A stretch of DNA of 64,000 nucleotides, taken from contig OZ281496.1 in the NCBI GenBank assembly GCA_965637545.1, forward strand, positions 18,290,001-18,354,000, in the 5' to 3' direction. Under the pieces are notes generated by a model. The model saw only the letters and a list, made by a program, of their open reading frames with translations. It was not told where the DNA came from and did no database searches. The DNA is from Phallusia mammillata. Taxonomy: Eukaryota. A program made the position numbers and the translations under genes. Positions within the stretch are counted from its first letter, which is position 1. Each line of letters begins with the position of its first letter. Below, piece after piece: positions 36,894 through 49,893 of this stretch.

Positions 36894-37188
36894 GGTAGAG
36901 CTACTAACACCATACGTTATTCCTGATCCAAAAGTGCTTAATTTTCAAAACGGTATATCTCAAAAAATGCTAACGGTTAGGGCTATTAGGGGTTGGGGTA
37001 AGGTATTAGCACTTAAAATTCAATAAAACTAACCCAAAAAATCAGTTACTAATGTAAAATTTTTATGTAAATATTACCCAACCCAACTCATTTATAGCCG
37101 CTAAATAAATAATTCAGCTCTTTACGCCACCTATCGAAAATTAAGCACTTTTGGATCAGGAATAACGTATGGTGTAAGTAGCTCTACC
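36894..37188. mobile_element. MITE with TIRs of about 58 bp (Merlin- or Mutator-like)
   Basis: GGTAGAGCTAC / GTAGCTCTACC; 9-bp TSD AAAAAATAT/AACAAATAT; empty site in copy C. Confidence 0.75.
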
Positions 37189-37571
37189 AACAAATATTCA
37201 CAAGAACTTGCGACAGGCCTCGAGCGGCAATTATCGACGCGGAAAATGCGGCGAGGTAAAAACAGTGCGTGGAAAATGGTTGCAACTAGAGCAAAGAAAA
37301 ATAAACCAAATGAAAACTGCATTGAGTGGAAATATATGATTTGTGTCATACAAATCAAATCAACAAGAAAATGTACAGCGGTTCACGAGTGAAATATTTT
37401 TGCCACATTAGCTCTACCACATATTGCATGTATTGATAAACTCTTGCGTCCCCACCCCATTCAATACAAATTTCTGTGGAACTCAGCTATAGGTAAGGTG
37501 ATTAGGTGTTACATGACCAGTAAGAGGTTTAGAACCGCAGGAATAGGCGAATAAAACTTTCCTGTTTTATG

Positions 37572-39588
37572 TGTTACGGAATTATTCTGGGCCCGAACCC
37601 TACAATGACGGCCCACCACCAAAGCCAAAGAATTTTGGGCAGCGCAACTTTATTAAAACTATAAAATATAAAAAAAAACACGATAAAAGTATAGCCACCT
37701 TAAAATGCAACAACACGTGGCGACCTTCAACAAACCAACACCTCGCGTTACACGCGCCACCCAGAGAAAAAGCCTGCTTACATAACAGCAGGTTGCTTTT
37801 GTAAGTGCCTGATTGGCAAAGTAGCGCATTCCAGGCCAATCAGCGCAACTCGCGTAGCCCTACAGGCAAAGGGAAGGGAATGCTAAAAACGTGCCACAAA
37901 CCAAATAACACAAGAGAAAATAAATGCGCGTGACGGTGCCAATCAGGAGAACAAAGTAAACAAAACACCATATTCGTGCATGACGAAAATATTTGGTCAC
38001 ATTCCCCCCAATCTAGATATGTCCTACCCCTGTATGACCGCACATGCGTCAAACATTATCTTTTATAAATCATTCGCTGCGATACGTCATTATGTGCGGC
38101 TGCAGCCTATTTTCACTAACGACATACGGAGGTTGACCATTGCTCAACCTCAACCGTTCCCGCACCGATCGTCTTCTGCTTTTCCGTCGCTTGTTGACGG
38201 TTGGCTCGGGATCAACTCCGAAGAGGAATATATCATGCAAACAATTGCACTGGTTGGGGCTGTCTTTGGCGCAACGTCCGACACGCGCAGTATACTCAGA
38301 CGTCAACCGGTCAACCTTCTTGAGGTAGCAAATGAACCTTATTCTATGTTGTTCGATTGGCCATCGCAAGACGTAGCACTTCATGCGGGAATTTTGGGTC
38401 GTTCTGCGCCGCTTTGCTTTTTCTTTCACACAGGGGCTATCAAGTCGCACAAGTTCCTGTGGCAAACGTTCCGCCGGCACATAACAATATCTGCAGAATC
38501 CATCGGGTGGCAAACGTTCCACCGGCACATCACACGGTCTGCAGAATTCATCAGATGGCCAACGTTCCACCGGCACATCACACGGTCTGCAGAATTTTCA
38601 TCAGGTGGCAAACGTTCCACCGGCACATCACACTGTCTGCCGAATTCCTGGGGTGGCACACGTTCCACCGGAACATCACAATCTCTGCAAAATTCAACGG
38701 CTGCCACACGTTCCACTGGCAAATCACACATTTGTACCACAGCTGGCGCCGTTTCTGGCGGCGCACACCGTGCTCGCGTTTCCACTTGATCCTGAGTCCA
38801 AGAATCGAACTTTGCTGCGCTTCGCTTTAGATCCTCATAAGGCGCAGCCTGCAGATCAGGCACAGTTTCTTGCAAATACGCCAACTGATCTTCCGCAACC
38901 AGGCTCTTCAATAGCGCTTGCTTATCTCTTTCCGGCGCTGTCACGTGATCACAATAAGTTTCTAACAGTATAGCAAATTCACAAAGACGTAGCCTTCCGC
39001 CGTAACGCGGTGATTGCGATAAAACATATAAAAACATGGTTAATTTCGATTTTCGTCATCCAAACGAACAAAACGCTGCCCCAAAATTGACTTTTCTCTT
39101 TAAACTAAACCAGCGGGTGGTGGTGACAGGGTCCTGGCGTGCTCGCTAATTTGTTACGGAATTATTCTGGGCCCGAACCCTGCAATAACGTCCCACCACC
39201 AAAGCCAAAGATACCGCGCACTGGTTTAATTTTGGGCAGCGCAACTTTATTAAAACTATAAAAAATAAACCACGATAAAAGTATAGCCACGTTAAAATGC
39301 AACAACACGTGGCGACCTTCAACAAACCGACACCTAGCGTTACACGCGCCACCCAGAGAAAAAGCCTGCTTTACATAACAGCAGGTTGCTTTTGTAAGTG
39401 CCTGATTGGCAAAGCAGCGCATTTCAGGCCAATCAGTGCAACTCGCGTAGCCCTACAGGCAAAGGGAAGGGAATGCTAAAAACGTGCCACAAACCAAATA
39501 ACACAAGAGAAAATAAATGCGCGTGACCAAATCAGGAAAAAAGTGAACAAAACATCATGTTCGTGCATGACCAAAATATTTGGTCACA
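37572..39588 (-). mobile_element. Non-autonomous LTR retroelement (2.0 kb) in intron 1 of copy B
   Basis: LTRs 37572-38001 and 39152-39588; 4-bp TSD TATG; PPT next to the left LTR; degenerate tRNA-Arg-like PBS (TAGCGAGCACGCCAGGA); empty site in copy C. Confidence 0.9.
38070..39037 (-). pseudogene. gag-like ORF with a frameshift inside a 42-45-bp tandem repeat (CDVPVERxPxxEFCRx)
   Basis: ORFs 38426-39037 and 38070-38576; about 7 repeat units at 38461-38735. Confidence 0.6.
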
Positions 39589-42500
39589 TATGTTTAAAAT
39601 TGTTCACCACATATAAGATGTTTAATAACTTTGTGTTTACCAAGCTTGCATAACTTTTTGTTTAATAGCAGCAAGTCTTTAAACTTGTCACTGAGCGGTT
39701 GTCAAAAGAAAATAGAAACATAACGCCGACGTTCAAAACGAAGGAATACCAATGTGAAAAGCCGATTTTCAAGTTTGTGTTTGCAAGGATTCACAAAACC
39801 GGTTCAACCACTATGAAGGGTCTACTTCTTAACTTCATCAAAAAACATCGTCTATCGCAGGTAAGACTATGAACTCCAACGAAAAGGTGGGGACAAAGGA
39901 CGTCTGTTTTTTAGTATTTTGAAGTTATACATTTAAACAATTTATATTTAAAGACTGCATTGTTTATGAGGAATATGATAAACTGAGGGTCCAACGCTGC
40001 AAACAATGCACAATGTTTTGATCTATGAAGTCTTATCACTGCAGCTGGTGACAAAAAATAGACCGTAATAGCGAGTCTGTAACTCTCAACAAACTAGAGT
40101 GCCTCCCAACCGGAAAGTGATGTTTAAAATTTAAGTTTTAACTGTCAGCTATAAATTTTGTAATTTTATTTCTAAGGCGTGTTACTTGGAATCTTCATAG
40201 GGCACTTCTGTGCTAAGGTCGATACAAAACATTAACAAAATATATGAATAGGGGTATTTATCTGTTTCATTTGCTTTTAAACAACCGTTCGCATACTTTT
40301 GTTTCGATGTGGTCCGAAAAGTATTACCGAAATAAGCCGGGAAAGATGGATATAAAGTTTAAACAAGTTTTTCTTCGAACATTTACTTTCAGTACCTGAT
40401 AATCAACGCGAGACTACTTTTTGCAGTTTACGACCCGCAGGTTTCCTGCAGATTTTGTTGGTGGATATCCTGGTCGATTTAAGTGCAAGTTTATGTTTCC
40501 ACAAGACGCTTCTATTAGTGTTGAACATTTAAGGTTTGATGCAGAAGAAATGAAGAGATGTTTTCATCCCGAGACAAGGTGAAGATTTAAAAAGGACTGT
40601 ACGCATGATTCGAATATTTGCTTGAATGGAAAACATTAATGCCCCAAGCTCATTACGTACTTGTAACGAAATTACTAAAGTATTTTACTTTTGATTGATT
40701 GTTGCAGATATGTTACAATCATTCGCCAACCATGGAACCATTTTCTTTCGGCATACAACTGTCTTCCTGATTGGGAAAAGCGAACCCTTAACTGCGGTGG
40801 AATGCCCACTGTATACATTCAACAGGGTGAAAAGATGGATCCTATAAAATTTCTGTCAAAAGCTGCTGTCTTGTTAAATCCATCAGTTCCTTTTTATTTC
40901 AGGTATTTTTCAGTTTGTCTCAACCCCTTTATGACCAGGTTGTTGGATAAAAAAGTGGGTATAATTCACTAATAACTTGAGGATAAACTTACATACGATT
41001 GTTTATCAACTTAAATGTAGTAGAAATAGTTAAATGTTAAAACAAGCTATTTGTGAAAAACTACTTTGTTTCTGATTTACGCAGATTTCGAAATTTCAAT
41101 CTCATGATTTGGGAATAGATCCGATGTTAAATGACGCAAATGAAATTGAAAGTCAAATACAGGAATTGGATAAAAACATGGATCTAGTGATGCTACTTGA
41201 ATATTTTGATGAGTCTTTAATATTGCTAAAGGTTTGTTATGCAGAAATGATCTTCAGTCTGAAGCTCCTAACAAACTGGAGTGCCGTTATATGCTTATGC
41301 TTACACGGTCAATGTCTTGCTATTAGCTGCGCTGATGTTGGTTTGTTGGTCGAAATCGTATGTTCTTTCCGCAGTTAAATTATTTTTTTTCTTCATGCCA
41401 GTTTAGCGTTTTCCCTAACGTTTGCTTTTGTAAATAATGACTGCTGCAAGCAGTTTTAAATGAATAATTATTGTTTGAAAGCTTTTTTAAAAGCAACTAT
41501 TCAACGCAGTTCAAACGCAAAATCAAACACTTGCTCCTTTTATTAGAATTTGCTTTGCTTTGATTGGGATATTTTAAATGGACTTGGTCACCTTAACAAA
41601 CGCTACTATAAACGGAAGACGTTACAAAATGAAGAGGATAAGAAAAACTTTAAGCAGCTTTACAACATTGTACGTATATAGTTATGAATTGAAATATTTT
41701 TTTTATTCTGTCTTACGCTTTGTTTTGTTTTGATACTCGTTTAAAATCGTTAAAATCTAGACAATATGTGCATTGACATATTTGTTTAATTTCAATGTCT
41801 ATACAATCGTGGTGTTTGGAGAACAACTATTTTTTTACAGGACATTGCACTGTACGATTACTTCAATAGAACTTTCTGGAAACGAGTTGAAGACTACGGA
41901 CGCGAGAGAATGGCTAAAGATTTGGAAATACTTCGTAAAAGACAAAATAAACCTATAATTTACCCATCTCACCGTTCAATGCCAAAAGTGGATTCCCAAC
42001 TAAAAGCGGAAATTCAAAGTTATATGTTTGAGAACAACGGAAAATGTCTCTACCCAGGTTGGAAAGAGCCGCTGTACATTCCGTAAATCAGCTTTTTTTT
42101 CTAAAGATATTCAGGTTTGTGCTCCCGATAGTGTGTTATAAATCGAATTGTGGCAATTTACCGCTGGTCATGCAGAATTGTTTGATCTGTTTGCTGATTT
42201 ACTGAACATTGTACAATATTATGATTTTAACCCTATTGGAGGGTTACACAACATCTGAACTACAGACCAATTTAAACCTTTTCTCTCTTTTAGTATGACA
42301 CATGTAAAGCGTTCAGTCACTATTTAGCTTTAAAAATGCCTTGTTGTGGCTTTCAATGAACTTGTCTAGTTTGTTTTCTGTTCGTTAACAAATGATAGTT
42401 TTTCTGACCATAACAGACTATTTCCCCATTGTTACGAATTTTTATCGTAAAAATAATGTGGCCAATGTCTGTAAATCGTTAAACATTGTAAAATGTTTTT

Positions 42501-44187
42501 AACTACATTAATAAATGAGAAGATATAGTCATATGTTCGCCTGTCTGTACATAAGAATTTGTAAAACTTATCAACCGAGAAAAAGTACAACTCGGTAAAA
42601 TCAAATTTCGTGGTTTTCGGGGTTATAGAGGAGGCAATAAGGCCCAATAGATTTCAGTTCCATGATTTTCTTAACTTTGTTCGAAGGAAAGCTCCCAAGC
42701 GTAATTTTTTACTCGTTGTGTTACTGATTCGATCTCGTTTATAAATACAACTTAGTCAGTTTGGACAAACATGTTAATTGCGTCCACAAGAAATTTTGCT
42801 TAAAATAACTACTGTGATTTTGACATGTTTATAACATGGCTACAATGTTTCTTTGCAACAGAATTTGTGTTTGATGTTAGTAAGAAAAAAACTGTCCTAC
42901 AGTAGGATATAAGATAGTGACTCACGGACGGGCTAGTATGAAAAAACAAAATCGTTTGTGTTTTGCAGGAATTAGATACGCTTGCATATCTTTTAAACCG
43001 TAGTTAAACGCATAAATACAATAATGATGAATTAAGGGCATGTTCTTCCAACGAACAGACACTAATAACCGGATTTCGTTTGTATCTCAATTTTAACCTT
43101 ATTTATGAACCAACTTCTTGATAGAAACATTACTATAATGAGGCATTAAATGCTACTAGAGAAGGGGTGGGCGAACTACTGCCCGCGGGTCACATGCGGC
43201 CTGCCAAATGTTAGTAATTTTGAAAAAGAAAGTTACCGAGCAACGCTACAAACAGTTATGAGCATAGACGTAGAGTTTTAAAAAATACCAGAGTGCGACT
43301 TGCCAGTACCTATACCATTACCATGTTCAGTATCTGCACTTTAGGCCTAAACACAGATATTTTTTACATCATTTAGCCTGAAAGTTCTGGCAAATTATTT
43401 GCAAATAGTCACTTTACGCAATTTTTTCGTTCTGTTTCAGACGTTTGCTGTACGTTTGCGCGTTTGCCGAATCAGCAATTTTTAACGACGACTAAGTTTT
43501 GGGTAATTTGTTATGGCGGGGAATAAAAGTATTAGCGATTTACGTTTTCAAATACAATACAGCTTACTTTGCACTGTTGACGCCAAAATTGCTGATTTTT
43601 TGGTCACCTTGAATCAAGTTCTTTGGTCACCTTGGATCAAGTTTGGGCCGTTTGCAGTACTTTGCAAATGGACATTAAACACGGCTTTGGAATCGTTAAC
43701 ACTGACCTACACATCACCTAAATTTTGAAAACCAACTTACATTAATAAATGTTAGCGCAAGGAACTTATTAACAGAAAAACGTCGTGTAGCCTATGTTGC
43801 AATAAATGCCTGATTATTTTGCAACAATTACAATTGTTGCGTTTCAACCAATGTTTGCACCATGGGCGCCGAGTTTTACAAAAATGCAAGGTGGCGGACG
43901 TAAAATATGACGTCACTTTATGTGACGTCACTTATGCTTGCAACCACATGAACTCCCATAGAATGCAAGGTTCGTCAAAATCACAAGAAAAACGATATGT
44001 TTGAAATAATATTTAGTTGGCAAGTGCAACACGTTGCTGTAGCGTTTATCATTGGTTTAGCAACGTTACAAAATGTTTCGTCAAGTTGTTGCTGCTTTAT
44101 ATCACCTTAGATAAGCATTTATTACAACACATTTGCATTGTACACAATAATGGCCAAACATTCACTGGTAGACAATTGTGTGTTTAA

Positions 44188-44264
44188 TAGGCCTGTTATC
44201 AAATAAATAATTATTTGATTATTTATTTGAAAAATTTCAAAACCTTTATTTGATAACAGCCCAA
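44188..44264. mobile_element. 77-bp minimal hAT MITE of the same family as 12235-13862
   Basis: TAGGCCTGTTATCAAATA / TATTTGATAACAGCCCAA; perfect 8-bp TSD GTGTTTAA. Confidence 0.8.
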
Positions 44265-45035
44265 GTGTTTAACGTCATAAACAAGGCACTAACCTAAACA
44301 GGTTGCAGTTTTAAGCCACGTGTTGTGGCTGAATCGTCAGCACGCTTGTTAAAAGGCAACATTGTTCCTATGTTTTCTCAGATTTTACGATGTTTCGTAC
44401 GATACCGCTATAAACTAACCCAAATTTCCAAGGTGGCCGCCACCGTGCTTTACAAACCCAAGGTGGCGGCGGGTCGGCGCCTATGGTTTGCACGATCATT
44501 GAAGAGACAACAAACATATTTATATTCAGCTGTAAACAAACTATGTTTATATTGCTCTTCTCGGCGCGCACTTTTCTTTCTGAAACAACAACATGGAAAT
44601 TAACTAATTCAGTGTTTGACTTTTAAATTCTTATTAAAAATTTCTTAAGTACACGTTTTTCGGTATTAATTGTCCTGATTTCTGCTGTTTTTGACCATGT
44701 TTTTGGTCGTTGTTTACCTACCTTTAATCATTCAACCGGCTGCAATCCACCCATGTTGTCAAACCCAGTCGCGTTGCCATTAGAGCCACTCGTTTCTCCA
44801 ACGAGATTCCAACCTCTCAGGCCCACTTTCTCTATACCATGTACAGCTGCTGCGTTTTTTACCGTTTCCCTCCATCTGTTAGTATTATTTTAGCGTATTT
44901 TCAACCGCTAGGTTTTCGCAGCTGTGTCCTGTGTTTTCGTGCCATTGTATCGTCATAAGTTACTATGCTTGTCGCGTTCAAGTGCACGTGAACAAAATAA
45001 AATACGATACGATACGATTAATATACTATGCGGCC

Positions 45036-45985
45036 CAGTGGCGTAGGAGCATATGCTGCCGCCCCTGGCTTTCGTTGAAAATGCCGCCCTAAGTAGACTG
45101 CAGCAAATTTTGAAATAGTTTCATGTTCAAGCAATCTTTTCAATAAAAATAATTACAAATAATGCGCCGCGTCTCAGAAGTTCTATATTGCTCGAGAAAG
45201 AAGCCTCACTGTCTCAGCGTTAAGGCCAAAAATAAAAGACAAAAAATGGAGAACAAATGTATTAGGCAAATAAAAGATCAATAGCCGCCTCAAAATTGAA
45301 CTTTTCGAACTTTCGCCGAAGCAAAATCAGCGATAATATCTTCGAAATCAAGTTTTTGAACGTAGTCTCTTTCTACAGAAAGTATCGATTGACTTTTATC
45401 CAGAAGTGTCCACTTAAGTCAGGGGTGCTCAACCTTTTTTGACTCAAGATCGACTTTTGAGGTATTCTAACTCTCAGGATCTACCATTTCAAAAAAAAAA
45501 CTAGCATTAATACAAGACGTTGATTAGCAAGGATAATTAACTAGCGTTTTTCCCTACCCAGTTTTTCGTTTTATCATCGTTTGGTAATGATTTGTTTTAC
45601 AGTGCATGAACGCTATTTACAAACTTGATCAAATACAATAATGTTTAAAATACAAAACACAAATTTAATTGGAAAAAAATAGAGCAACTACCAGTACAAA
45701 GTAACAGTTATCACTGCAACTATACTTTTGTGACGTAACAATGAGCCTTTTGAGTATTTGTGGTGTAAACATTTAAGGATTATCCGATAATTAATTTGTA
45801 TAATAAGGTCATCCGTGTACAGGGACACTCCTCAAAAACGTGTAACAAAACAACTATATATTTTATGTTGTTTTCTACACCCATCGACGGGTTGGACACC
45901 CCTGCCTTAGGTCATTTTGCTGCCCTCTTGCAGCCTGCCGCCCCTGGCGCAGAGCCAGAACCGCCAAGTGGCTGCTACGCCACTG
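45036..45985. mobile_element. Non-autonomous DNA transposon (probably hAT), 950 bp
   Basis: TIR CAGTGGCGTAG / CTACGCCACTG; 8-bp TSD ATGCGGCC. Confidence 0.85.
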
Positions 45986-46840
45986 ATGCGGCCTCATAAA
46001 ATTGAAAACTGTTAATGTCACCTTTGCACTGAAACGTTTGCCCACCACGGTTATAGAGCATTCGACAATACGCAACGCATCGTACGGGCAATTTAATCGC
46101 ATGTAACTCTGGACAATCGGAAAAAAAGACGATCCGGGCTTGATTATGTCAGGATGGTTCCTGTTTCTATTGTTTTTGGTGCTGTATTGCTAATCAACTT
46201 TTAGTGTGGTGGCTAGTTACATTTCTAACGTTGCAAAGGGTATAAAATTGAAGCCAGCAACTTACATCCTTGCGTGCTGTAGAAATGCTGAAGTATAGGT
46301 TTAACTAATCGCAGTGGGTTGTCAAGCATTAGAAAAATAGACAACCGAATTGGATAACATGTCACTAAGCTTTGTTCGAAATTGCTTCAAACAGATTAAA
46401 GCTGTTTTAAGTAAAAGATCGAGATTGAGAAGTATTTTTGGTAGCTGTTGCCGAAATAGCTTTTCCGTAAGCGAATTTAAATGATATGCCACTGAAGAAA
46501 AGCTAATTGCCAATAAGGCTGGTGTTTCTAATCTTAAATGGTTTTGAGAAACCTAACAGCAGGTTTTGTGTGTTGCAAATAGTATTAAAAACGGTATCTA
46601 TTACTGATGATAAGTCCGAAAACAATTTTCACTGTGATAGTCGCCAGGCTTTAATTTGTGTTAGAGTTTCATTACATTGAGGCGACGTGCACTTTATTTA
46701 ATCAAGTCGATAGAATGACGCGAGAGCCACAACACCGCACATAAAAAGACAACACGAGACAATAAAGAAAAAGGTTCACTTCGCGTCCTATGCATGTAGG
46801 GAATTACAGGGTCGCTACATTACCCCCTCCAGAAGTGAAC

Positions 46841-48934
46841 TTAACGAAAACGTACAGGCGGGCGAACATTTCGACCAGTGCGCGTTTGGACGATTTGCCG
46901 CTCCAAGTTACTGGGTGGTGCTGGTGGCGAAGTTCTATGCACAGGTGGTCTTCCAAGGCGGGAAACCTCAGGCATGTGAATAGGCTGTGTCTCGTCCAGG
47001 TACGCTGGCTTCAGGCGATCGATTGAAATTGTCTCGTTACGTCCACCTATATCCAATGTGAACGTCTTGTCAGTGAGACGAATCACCTTAAACGGACCGT
47101 TGTATGGCGGCGATAGAGGTGGGCGATGCTTTTCAATTCGGACAAAACCATAATCACTCGTGCGAAGTGTTGTGGGAATATGTGTCTTTACTTCATTGTG
47201 TCGTGACATCGGCGGCGGGACTAGATGTCGGAATGATTCGTGCAGCGCTGGAAGTATTTGCTGTGGACACGTCGGTTTGTTTACAAAAAAATCACCAGGA
47301 ACGGACAGAGTTGAACCATAAACCAATTCAGCGGAGGAGGTTTGTAGGTCTTCCTTCGGGCAAGTGCGAATACCGAGCATTACCCATGGCAATTCGTCAA
47401 CCCAGTTGGAACCTTGTAAGCGAGCCTTTAGAGAAGCTTTAAGATGCCGATGAAAACGCTCCACAAGGCCGTTCGCTTGAGGGTGGAAACTGGTAGTTCT
47501 GTGCACCCTAATGCCAAGTAGTTCGTTAAATGCTGTCCATAGAGCTGAGGTGAATTGAGGGCCGCGGTCTGAAGAAATATCCTGCGGCAACCCAAAGCAG
47601 TTGGAAATAAAAGCGCGCGCACAAGTCACAGCGGTTGCATCAGGCATTGGTATTGCCTCTGGCCAACGTGTAAATCGGTCGACCATCGTAAGTAGGTAGA
47701 TGTTGCCCTGTGAGGGTGGCATTGGTCCCACTATGTCAATGTTGACATGGGTGAACCGGCCGCTGCACGTTGGATAGTTTGATAAAGGCGCACGGACATG
47801 TCTCTGAATCTTTGAACGTTGGCAACGCACACATTGTTTGGCCCACAAACCCACTTGCCTTCGCAGGCCGTGCCACACGAATTTTGAGGCCATTAGTTTC
47901 TTAGTGATTCTAGTGGATGGATGGGACAGTCCGTGTACCACGTCGAAAACTTTCCGCTGCCATGACGCCGGCACTATTGGACGGGGCATGCCTTGAGAAG
48001 TGTCACATAAAAGCTTTGTGCCAAATCGTCGGACTTCAATGTCTTCAAGCTTGAGGTTAGTTATCGCTGTGCGATAGGCTTGAACCTCTGCGACAAGTTG
48101 AGCCTTCGCGAGAGCAACGTAATCCATATCTAAGGGAAAATGAACTGCATTAACTTCTCCACGTGAAAGAGTGTCTGCCACACAATTTCGATTACCGGCT
48201 ACATGGCGCACATCCGTGGTAAATTCCGAAATGGCGGTCAGATGTCGCTGCTGACGAGCAGACCATGGAGAGGATACTTTAGAAAACGCAAATGTCAGTG
48301 GCTTGTGATCGGTATAAACCACAAACGGACGATCTTCTAGAAAATACCGAAAATGACGTACTGATAGATATAATGCAAGCAGCTCTCTGTCAAATGCACT
48401 GTATTTTGTTTCTGGTAGACGAAACCGCTTACTGAAAAATGCCAGTGGACGCCACTTGCCCTCAATGAGTTGCTGCAAAACAGCGCCAGCAGAATGTTCC
48501 GATGCGTCTGTAGTGAGGGCAGTTGGAGCCTGAGGTAACGGGTGGTGCAGCATAGTTGCTTCAGCTAAAGCCTTCTTGGCGTCTTCAAAAGCTGAATTCA
48601 AAGAGTTATTCCACAAGAGCTTTTTTGGTTTTCCTGCAAATGCTGAGTATATAGGGGACATGATTTTTGCTGATTCAGGAATAAAGCGGTGGTAAAAATA
48701 AATCATACCCGCGAACTGCTGCAGACTTTTTAGGTTTGTTTTGTCGCATTCGTGGCTTAAAATTAAAACCAACGGCGTTCTCAGAATCATAGCGTCCGGC
48801 ACGTAACAAAACATCAGCTGTCTGAGCCATAGCTCGATAGTCGGAAAATTTCTGGGCAGCAAGTCCCGTTCGCACATACGTTGGCATGGGTTGCAGAAAC
48901 AGTTCTTCGAACAAAAAACACTCTTTCTGTTCAC
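46841..48934 (-). pseudogene. pol remnant: RT C-terminus, RNase H and integrase
   Basis: QFAGMIYFYHRF, TDASEHSAGAVL, YSAFDRELLALY, TDHKPL, HPS..C..C zinc finger, DIVGP, SDRGPQF, NGLVERFHR. Confidence 0.92.
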
Positions 48935-49224
48935 CCAATAAAATTAGCATGTCATCCATCAACGCTGATGGCATTTTCTCGCCTAAACGAGGCATCTGAA
49001 GTAGGCGTTGTGCTCTTTGCGACTTTGTCAAAGTAAACATGGAAAGCAAACGTTCTTTAAGACTTACATACTTGTTGTCTTCCGGCGGATTGTCAAAAAG
49101 ATCAATTAACCGACCTGCCGTGTCCTGATCCAACGCCCACAGAACGTAATAGTATTTCGTGATGTCCGCAGTGATATTTCTTAAAGCAAATTGTGCCTCT
49201 GCTTGTTGAAACCATACTTTAGGC

Positions 49225-49893
49225 CAGCGGTTCCCAACCTGTGGGTCGCGACCCCAACTGGGGTCGCCTGACAATTCGCTTGGGGTCGCCTAAGGCAGGG
49301 CTGTCAAACATGCGGCCATCCAACGGTTTTTGTGCGGCCCGCAAGTAACTTTTAAAAGTTATTTTTTTTACTCATGCGAAATACCCTGTCAGACCAGTGA
49401 GTTTAGATGATACAATCATTCTCTACTAGTGGTATATGCAACGTTTCAGTAGGATGATCGAAATAGCCCACCTTTATAATCAACAATTGCGATTGTTGCG
49501 TCATTGTATTCCATTATTTTTGGAGAAAGCGGTTAAGCACAGTTGGTTCTTTCACACTGCGCCACTGTAGCCTATATCTGTATATAGTGGCAGTAATGAA
49601 CTTTGTTCTTTCAAATCTTTCAATTTTTGTTGTTGTCATGTTACATTGTCACAATGTTTCAGTAGTGCGCCCCTAGACTTACTTTAAAGTTTGTTTTTAG
49701 CCCTCAAGGTTGTTTGAGTTTGACACACCTTGCGTAAGGCATGGTTCCCAACTTGTTTTAGGCCAAGGACCACTAGCCCCAATCAAATACAGTAAATTTT
49801 AATTTAGAGCCAACTACTTTTTGACCTTGGGGTCATCGCAACTTGGCAAATGTTATCATGGGGTCACGGCACCAGAAAGGTTGGGAACCGCTG
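49225..49893. mobile_element. Nested hAT MITE cluster inserted in gag
   Basis: Outer TIR CAGCGGTTCCCAACC / GGTTGGGAACCGCTG; TSD CTTTAGGC; inner CAGGGCTGTCAAAC-type element near 49296-49732. Confidence 0.85.

Larger units (their letters stand above)
36400..42086 (+). pseudogene. GAL3ST: Gal3ST family gene copy B; 1-bp deletion in exon 5 (pseudogene or sequencing error)
   Basis: Exons 36400-36549, 39669-39860, 40427-40578, 40708-40902, 41085-41231 (147 nt versus 148 in A and C; premature TAG 41116-41118), 41547-41669, 41841-42086. Confidence 0.85.

Noticed and set aside
38461-38735. CRISPR-like array
   Set aside because: Contiguous 42-45-bp tandem units with no unique spacers, inside an LTR element ORF; eukaryotic context and no cas genes.
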